DNA of 50,096 nucleotides from a virus (Duplodnaviria; Caudoviricetes): IMG/VR virus record IMGVR_UViG_3300028396_000011, positions 1 to 50,096 of that record; one strand, 5' to 3'. Shown piece by piece: positions 44,843 to 50,096 of this stretch (position 1 is its first letter; each line of letters starts with the position of its first letter). The notes under the pieces were generated by a model. It saw only the letters and a program-made list of their open reading frames with translations, ran no database searches and was not told where the DNA came from. The position numbers and the translations under genes were made by a program.

Positions 44843-45055
44843 ATGTTAAAAGAAGGAAATATTATAAGCTTTAAAGTTTTTGTAGACTCTAAAGGTTTAC
44901 TAATGACAGAGTATTCTAAAGTACCTAGTGATAAAATAAATAAAATATTTACACTAGAGGATGCTTCTTATATAGAAAAAATATTAGCCAAAGTAGACCC
45001 TCAGTTTAGAAACATGCACAAAGAGTTGGAGCAAGAACTAGAGAGTTTAAATTGA
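44843..45055 (+). CDS. Hypothetical protein; last gene of the + arm
   Basis: SD AGGAG. Confidence 0.7.
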   Translation: MLKEGNIISFKVFVDSKGLLMTEYSKVPSDKINKIFTLEDASYIEKILAKVDPQFRNMHKELEQELESLN

Positions 45056-45199
45056 TTGATTATATATTTAATATATGTGTAAGCATATTAATTATAATAG
45101 GAGAAATTACAGGCTGGGGGTATCAACTTTCTAATATACTTATTTTTGTTGTTTTTCAACCCCTTTTAATTTTTCTTTTTGCTTCTCTTTGGATTAAAG

Positions 45200-45406
45200 C
45201 TAAACTAAAAGGTTGATGGTCTGGGACGATGAGGATACATTGCGTACACTTAGCGTCCCATGATCATACTGATAGTACACAGTCCTGAAGACAGTAGTAT
45301 CAATTCTACCAGTATCCCCACCACTATTAACAACAGAAGTGCGCGTCTCTGTGTTGACATAACTACTCAGTAGCATGTTTGATACAGATGATACAGGGCC
45401 TACCAT
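45200..45406 (-). CDS. Hypothetical protein; last gene of the - arm
   Basis: Start overlaps the upstream gene end; Ser-rich termini. Confidence 0.6.
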   Translation of the reverse strand: MVGPVSSVSNMLLSSYVNTETRTSVVNSGGDTGRIDTTVFRTVYYQYDHGTLSVRNVSSSSQTINLLV

Positions 45407-45723
45407 TTGGCCTTATTAGCCCAATATGCGGCACTCATCTTACCCTTCTTAATATTCTTAGCGTGACGAGCTTTAAAACTTGCACGTTTCTTCTTCATCT
45501 TGTCAGACTCTCCTGCCTTTGGCTTACCTGCCGTCTTAGCACCTTGCTCACCAAACCGAATAGTTTTGATCTTGTCACCCTCTTTAGCCACTACAACGTG
45601 TGACTTCTTAGGGTGGTTAGGAGTTCTCTTAGGCTTGTTATAGCCGCTAACGCCTGCACGGGTTAATCGTGAATCTTTCTTCTTAGCCTTACCACCTTTC
45701 TTGTACTCTTCTCTATCCATCAT
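45400..45723 (-). CDS. Highly basic small protein with an N-terminal REEYKKGG tag
   Basis: GYNKPKRTP.HP.KSH.V, IRFG.QG, R.SFKARH, SAAYWA. Confidence 0.8.
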   Translation of the reverse strand: MMDREEYKKGGKAKKKDSRLTRAGVSGYNKPKRTPNHPKKSHVVVAKEGDKIKTIRFGEQGAKTAGKPKAGESDKMKKKRASFKARHAKNIKKGKMSAAYWANKAKW

Positions 45724-45974
45724 TTACGATGCCTCGCTGTTTTCTTTGCTATCTTTTTGGGTTGCTTAGAGTGCTGCTTTCCTTTCTTTGTGTCTTCACG
45801 TTTCTTTTTGGAAGTGGCAGCGTACTCCTTGTCTGATAGAGCCTCTCTAGCCTTCTTCGGGAGATACCTTTCACCTGTTGCTTTCTTTCCTTGTGTTGAG
45901 GGTTTACCTGACTTGGTTCCCCATTTCTCTTTAGTCCACTTCTTTAGGGACTTCTGTGATTTCTTTAATCCCAT
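45720..45974 (-). CDS. Highly basic small protein
   Basis: SQKSLKKWTKEKW.TKSGK...GERYLP. Confidence 0.8.
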   Translation of the reverse strand: MGLKKSQKSLKKWTKEKWGTKSGKPSTQGKKATGERYLPKKAREALSDKEYAATSKKKREDTKKGKQHSKQPKKIAKKTARHRK

Positions 45975-46234
45975 GTTTTAAGTTCCTTACCTATCTTGAT
46001 CCTACCGTAAGGATTGCGTCCTTCAAACTCTGAGGATGTCTCGTAGCCTAAAGCACCATCTACGTACCACGTATCTTGCTGTACTCTCAAGCCTGTCCAG
46101 ACAATGTCTGTAGAGGTTTCATTTAGATCGTTGAACGGCGTACCGTTAGGGATACTTGAGATGTGTTCAAACTCTCCGTACCATGTGCAGCCTTGTAAGA
46201 GTGCTAATATAGAAATTAATTTAACTGCTCTCAT
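45965..46234 (-). CDS. Predicted lipoprotein
   Basis: Signal peptide ending in lipobox-like LQGC; beta-rich mature part. Confidence 0.6.
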   Translation of the reverse strand: MRAVKLISILALLQGCTWYGEFEHISSIPNGTPFNDLNETSTDIVWTGLRVQQDTWYVDGALGYETSSEFEGRNPYGRIKIGKELKTWD

Positions 46235-46428
46235 TTGTACCCACCACCTGCTGCTTTGTATTCCTTAGCAAGCATCTGAGCTTTACGGGCTGACCATTGC
46301 CCCGGCTTACCACCTTTACTACCCGCCTTGATCTTGTTAAATAAACGCTTACGCATAGTAGGCTTGGTGTAGTTACCTGCCTCATTAACTTTGGACTTTT
46401 TCTTTGCTGGCTTTTTAGCTGCTGGCAT
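46231..46428 (-). CDS. Highly basic small protein
   Basis: NYTKP.MRK...KGG.PGQWSARKAQ...Y...GGGY; SD GGAGG. Confidence 0.8.
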   Translation of the reverse strand: MPAAKKPAKKKSKVNEAGNYTKPTMRKRLFNKIKAGSKGGKPGQWSARKAQMLAKEYKAAGGGYK

Positions 46429-46439
46429 AGTGCCTCCAG

Positions 46440-46889
46440 TTATCTAGTTAAATATGAAATTAAAAGTGCTAAACACATAGGTATCAACAACACCAATACG
46501 GCTATGACAGTGCCTATCTCTCTAACGTCCTTCCAAAACTTCTTCTTAGCAGCTAATGCTCTAGCTAACTCTAGCTGTTTAGCCTTTCTAGCTTCAGCCA
46601 TAGCAGCCATAGCTTCTTGATATAGCTGACCGTTACCACTGACTGTAAAGAGATCTTTGATCTCCTTCATAGTTTCTTGTATCTGCTTTTTGGCTAGTGC
46701 AGCTTTTACAGCATCTGCTTCAGATAGTTTACCCTCATTCTGTGCTCTTGCAAGCTCTACTTCAGCGCCACCAAGTGTAGATAAGAAACCTGATATAGAT
46801 TGTATATCATTTGTAGTTTCAGCTACACGCTTGATAGCGCCTGTGGCAGCGTTAACACCTGCTATGATCGCAGATATTTCAGCAATCAT
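46440..46889 (-). CDS. Coiled-coil protein with a C-terminal TM segment
   Basis: ATGA overlap with the holin gene; hydrophobic C-terminus. Confidence 0.65.
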   Translation of the reverse strand: MIAEISAIIAGVNAATGAIKRVAETTNDIQSISGFLSTLGGAEVELARAQNEGKLSEADAVKAALAKKQIQETMKEIKDLFTVSGNGQLYQEAMAAMAEARKAKQLELARALAAKKKFWKDVREIGTVIAVLVLLIPMCLALLISYLTR

Positions 46890-47275
46890 TTGCGAGTCTT
46901 CTCATAGGATCTCATAGCACCTAGTCCTAACATACCCATGAGTACAGGCATCATAGTTTCTAGCGGTACAAGAGGAATAACAATGTCTATACCCACTAAG
47001 GCCAGTACAAAGTTTGCAAATGGAATTGTAATAAAGTTACCGAACATTCCTAGTCCACATGTCCAGCCAATGAAGGGCCTCCAACCACTTACAAAAATGC
47101 TAGAGTGTGCTGCTTCAGTTTTGTTAACTTCAAGCTGACCCTTCATAAGTTCTTGATGGTGTTCTTCTGACATCGTAGCAATCTTGTGAGCCAGCATTGC
47201 CTTCTGGTCTTTGTCTTCAATAAACTTATCTAGTAATCCAGTGACAGGGCCTACTAAGTTTGCTAACATACTCAT
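46886..47275 (-). CDS. Holin (3TM/GTA-holin-like)
   Basis: LLDKFI.DKD, FVSGWRPFIGW, GMLGLG.MRS.EK; adjacent to the endolysin. Confidence 0.85.
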   Translation of the reverse strand: MSMLANLVGPVTGLLDKFIEDKDQKAMLAHKIATMSEEHHQELMKGQLEVNKTEAAHSSIFVSGWRPFIGWTCGLGMFGNFITIPFANFVLALVGIDIVIPLVPLETMMPVLMGMLGLGAMRSYEKTRK

Positions 47276-47644
47276 TTAATAACTCCAGATGTGGGGCCTT
47301 GGACGGCCTTCAGAGCATTCAAGGTCATCAAGGTGTACAAATCTAGAGCCGCCTTTCTGACTGATACCAATGCCAGTGAAACCTGCCTCTAGAGCGCCCT
47401 GTAAGAGCTTGTAAGCAGCTTCACCACGTACCCCTATATCTATGGCCCTCCCTGAAGCATGTGCTCCCGGAGAGGCTTTACGGGCCTCTATGGGGTGGTC
47501 TTTACAACGGTATGCAGAGGTTACAGGAAAGCTAAAGCCAAGCTTCTCACGCAAGGCATCTACCTTTTTCATGAACTCAGGGTCTATACCCTTGGTTTGG
47601 CAGTGTTTACATTCTAATTCTTCTTCTGTGAAGTACTTGTACAC
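47276..47644 (-). CDS. Endolysin, peptidase M15 family
   Basis: SAYRC..H, H..GRAIDI, FVHLD. Confidence 0.9.
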   Translation of the reverse strand: MYKYFTEEELECKHCQTKGIDPEFMKKVDALREKLGFSFPVTSAYRCKDHPIEARKASPGAHASGRAIDIGVRGEAAYKLLQGALEAGFTGIGISQKGGSRFVHLDDLECSEGRPRPHIWSY

Positions 47645-48525
47645 TAAATAAGACCTTCTATTTTCTTAACATCTGTAGAAGCAAGCTTACCTAAATTAAT
47701 TCTTACTTCGCTTCCTTCACCTTTTCCGCTACCTAGTTCTCTAGCTATGTTTCTTAGCTGCGCGTAAGGGCTAAAGCCTGCTCTTTTAATACCAGACATT
47801 AATCCTGTAAAGCTAAACTTATCATCAGAGTCATTAAAGTTATAACGATCTACAATAATAGTATTCCCCTCATCGTCTTGTTCTATACGCGCTTGTCCTA
47901 TAGTAGTTTTCATAGAATATTCAGGATCAAATACTTTAGTAACAAAATCTAAAGCACCGCCGCCGCCACCTACATCTGCATACTGGCTTTGTCCCGCAGC
48001 TTGAGTACCATAATCAGCGTATTCAATAGCTTTCTTACCCTGACTTTGTGCGCGTAGTGCTGCATTTTTTAAAGCTTCTTTTTCTTCTTGTTTTAAATCC
48101 TGCTCTGTTAAAGTTTCTGAACCGCCAAATAAATCATACACAAACTGGCGAACATTTGTAGGTATTAGAGGCTCAGATTTAGGTCTTTCCAGTAATGAAG
48201 ATTTTTCTGATTCCTGCTTAACAGGTTCTTTAAGTACAGGAGCTTCTTTCTTAACAGGCTCTTTACGTACAGGAGCTTCTTTCTTAACAGGCTCTTGGCG
48301 CACAGGAGCCTCTTGTTTAACAGGCTCTTTACGCACAGGTTGCTGGGCAGCTTGAACTTGTGCAGCCATATTAGGTTCTTTAGAAGGCACTACAATTTTT
48401 TGGCCCACATAAATTTTATCAGGATTACTAATTTTATTATTACGAGCAAGCTCTTTATAATCCATATTATACTGCTTAGCAATCTGACTGAGGGTGTCTC
48501 CTCTTTTTACTTCATACGAACTCAT
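47644..48525 (-). CDS. LysM-domain protein with a Pro/Lys/Glu linker
   Basis: YEVKRGDTLSQIA...NPDKIYVGQKIVVP. Confidence 0.85.
   Translation of the reverse strand: MSSYEVKRGDTLSQIAKQYNMDYKELARNNKISNPDKIYVGQKIVVPSKEPNMAAQVQAAQQPVRKEPVKQEAPVRQEPVKKEAPVRKEPVKKEAPVLKEPVKQESEKSSLLERPKSEPLIPTNVRQFVYDLFGGSETLTEQDLKQEEKEALKNAALRAQSQGKKAIEYADYGTQAAGQSQYADVGGGGGALDFVTKVFDPEYSMKTTIGQARIEQDDEGNTIIVDRYNFNDSDDKFSFTGLMSGIKRAGFSPYAQLRNIARELGSGKGEGSEVRINLGKLASTDVKKIEGLI
48211..48340 (-). repeat. 4 x 33-bp tandem repeat (PVRKEPVKxEA)
   Basis: ttaacagg recurs at 48218, 48251, 48284 and 48317. Confidence 0.9.
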
Positions 48526-50096
48526 GCTGCTCTCCCTTTACGCAAAGCCTTTAATACTTTTCCACCTGATTCAAAATTATGTCTTGCATCATTTGGATCA
48601 AACTCAATAGCACTTTCAGTTTTAAACTGTCCGGGCTTAAACAATATGTAAGAAAACGCCTCATCAGTAGGTACATCTGCTGGAGTATCTGAAGTGTTTA
48701 AATACCTGATAGAATCAAAGCCCTGATCTTCTAGCATTTTTCTAAATGATAAATTAATATCTGCCTTTTTCATACGCTCTACAAGCAAGTCTTTTTCTGA
48801 CATTCTATTTTTATTAAGCGTACCGCCTGTTACTTCATCCTGCCAAGCTTCAAAGTCCAATACTTTTTGATACAAGTTGTCTTTAGCAGCCCTAAACTTA
48901 GAAGCATTTAAATTCGGAGCCTGAGTAAATACAGCCTCAACAACATTAGGTATTGTATCTGGAGTATCAAACAACACTGAAGCGTCTGAGTACAAAGCAA
49001 AGTTAGGATCGTTTAGTTCTAAAGGATTTTTAACTTGTATAAACCCACGCATCATAGCTATTGGAGGAGGAGCTTCACCTTTCTTCAAAGGCTTTTTAAG
49101 CCTATTAGATATTTGCCGTGAAGTTAAACCTGAGTCTTCATCAAAAGCATCCTCGTCTCCTTGTCTCCTAAACAATGCCATACGTTCTGCTTGAGTCTGA
49201 GTTCCTACGTGCAGTCCTGTTTCGTTAGGCATACCCACAGCCTCTTCAAACTCATTGGAGAAACCACTAGCCACTGCTCTGTATTGCATTTGTTTTTCTT
49301 TAGAGGCGGCTATGAAAGCTTTTTTATTTGCTTCACGAATTTCAGGAGAAACCGTATAATCTATAGGCATTACTTTACCTGAAGGATCTGTAGGCAGTGC
49401 TTGCCTCGGCATCCTGCTAAAAATTTTACGAGCTAATGTCCGTTCTTCTGGTGTAAACTCTGCTATAAGTTTTGTTACTTCTTCAGTAGAAATAGTTCTA
49501 CCAACAGTCTGAGCAACACCCTTGTAGTAATTATCAAACTTATATTCCCAATTAGTATTAATGTTTCTAGCACCAATAGTGTCTAGCTCGTAAGCTAAAT
49601 GATAATCTATGTCTTGAGTATTGGCTCCTTCCATGTCGAACTGCTCGGATAGTTCCATGTCTCTATTGTAGTTTTTTATTTGATCTTTACTATAACCACG
49701 CGCCCTGCTAAAGTCATCGCCCATGCGTAAAGCACCCTGCTCGTCTATAAACTCGGGCATTTCTTTTCGCATATCAGACATACTTAGGTCATGCTTTTCG
49801 CCAATAGAGGATTTAACTTTTGCAAACAACATTTCCTTGAAGTCAGGATCATCTAGCTCTGCCGGTAAATCAGGATCTGGGCTGGCATAAGTTTCTTCAA
49901 TATTTTTAGCTACCTTAACCGCGCCCTCAGTAGAAACTTTTACATTATTCTTCTTGGTTTCTCCCAGAATAGTTTGCGCCAACTCATTTACAAAGGGTGA
50001 TAAAGCTTTGGTAGCTGCTCTAGTCAGCCCGCCTACTACGTATCGACTTCTTTCTTCACGATCTTCTTGATCAATAAAAGCATCCCCAGCTTGTGA
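48522..50096 (-). CDS. C-terminal part of the giant ejection protein, with an ADP-ribosyltransferase-like (ART-PolyVal-like) domain
   Basis: Frame stays open through the overlap; QYR...GLHVGT...FIQVKNPL...GFDSIRY.N...YILFKPGQFK....FDP. Confidence 0.75.
   Translation of the reverse strand, partial: SQAGDAFIDQEDREERSRYVVGGLTRAATKALSPFVNELAQTILGETKKNNVKVSTEGAVKVAKNIEETYASPDPDLPAELDDPDFKEMLFAKVKSSIGEKHDLSMSDMRKEMPEFIDEQGALRMGDDFSRARGYSKDQIKNYNRDMELSEQFDMEGANTQDIDYHLAYELDTIGARNINTNWEYKFDNYYKGVAQTVGRTISTEEVTKLIAEFTPEERTLARKIFSRMPRQALPTDPSGKVMPIDYTVSPEIREANKKAFIAASKEKQMQYRAVASGFSNEFEEAVGMPNETGLHVGTQTQAERMALFRRQGDEDAFDEDSGLTSRQISNRLKKPLKKGEAPPPIAMMRGFIQVKNPLELNDPNFALYSDASVLFDTPDTIPNVVEAVFTQAPNLNASKFRAAKDNLYQKVLDFEAWQDEVTGGTLNKNRMSEKDLLVERMKKADINLSFRKMLEDQGFDSIRYLNTSDTPADVPTDEAFSYILFKPGQFKTESAIEFDPNDARHNFESGGKVLKALRKGRAA
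49902..50096. repeat. Terminal overlap copy 2
   Basis: Matches 1-195 with one mismatch. Confidence 0.97.

Noticed and set aside
45056-45199. Bidirectional intrinsic terminator at the arm convergence
   Set aside because: One is expected here, but I see only AT-rich and T-rich sequence without a convincing GC stem.
45965-46234. Unimolecular spanin
   Set aside because: A lipobox is present but there is no C-terminal transmembrane segment.
1-50096. tRNA genes, phage RNA polymerase, DGR/reverse transcriptase, introns or inteins
   Set aside because: No such motifs seen by eye, and Pol, RNR, helicase and TerL look uninterrupted. tRNAscan and HMM searches would be needed to exclude them formally.

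Overview
The window is an essentially complete, circularly permuted genome (about 49.9 kb) of a lytic podovirus-type tailed phage. Bases 1-195 recur at 49902-50096 with one synonymous mismatch. It has two arms. The + strand early/replication arm (29795-45055) carries GP88, DUF932, SSB, a T7-gp4-like primase-helicase, PolA with Tyr762, a Cas4-like nuclease, endonuclease I, DUF3310, class I RNR and MazG. The - strand morphogenesis/lysis arm runs from 29013 down through the window junction to 45200 and carries TerS/TerL, portal, scaffold, capsid, tail tubes, two fibre modules, ejection proteins, an M15 endolysin and a holin. I found no RNA polymerase, integrase, tRNA or CRISPR array; transcription appears to use consensus sigma70 promoters. 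This layout resembles SIO1/Zobellviridae-type marine podoviruses (inference). Best leads: (1) An 8-residue tag, R-x-x-[YFK]-x-x-G-G, occurs 11 times in six unrelated late proteins. A stand-alone protein at the usual prohead-protease position carries the GPGT..SDSIPARLSDGEFV module. Copies of the tag bracket an ADP-ribosyltransferase-like segment of a 1769-aa ejection protein, suggesting a tag-directed virion polyprotein processing and effector delivery system. (2) A roughly 460-bp array of back-to-back palindromes, plus three long hairpins with unrelated stems but the same GTC-TTAC-GAC loop and a 3-nt bulge, each ahead of an early gene. (3) Mirror-image perfect promoters with a probably leaderless terS, and a DNA polymerase gene with no canonical start codon. 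All family assignments come from motif recognition by eye, not from searches.
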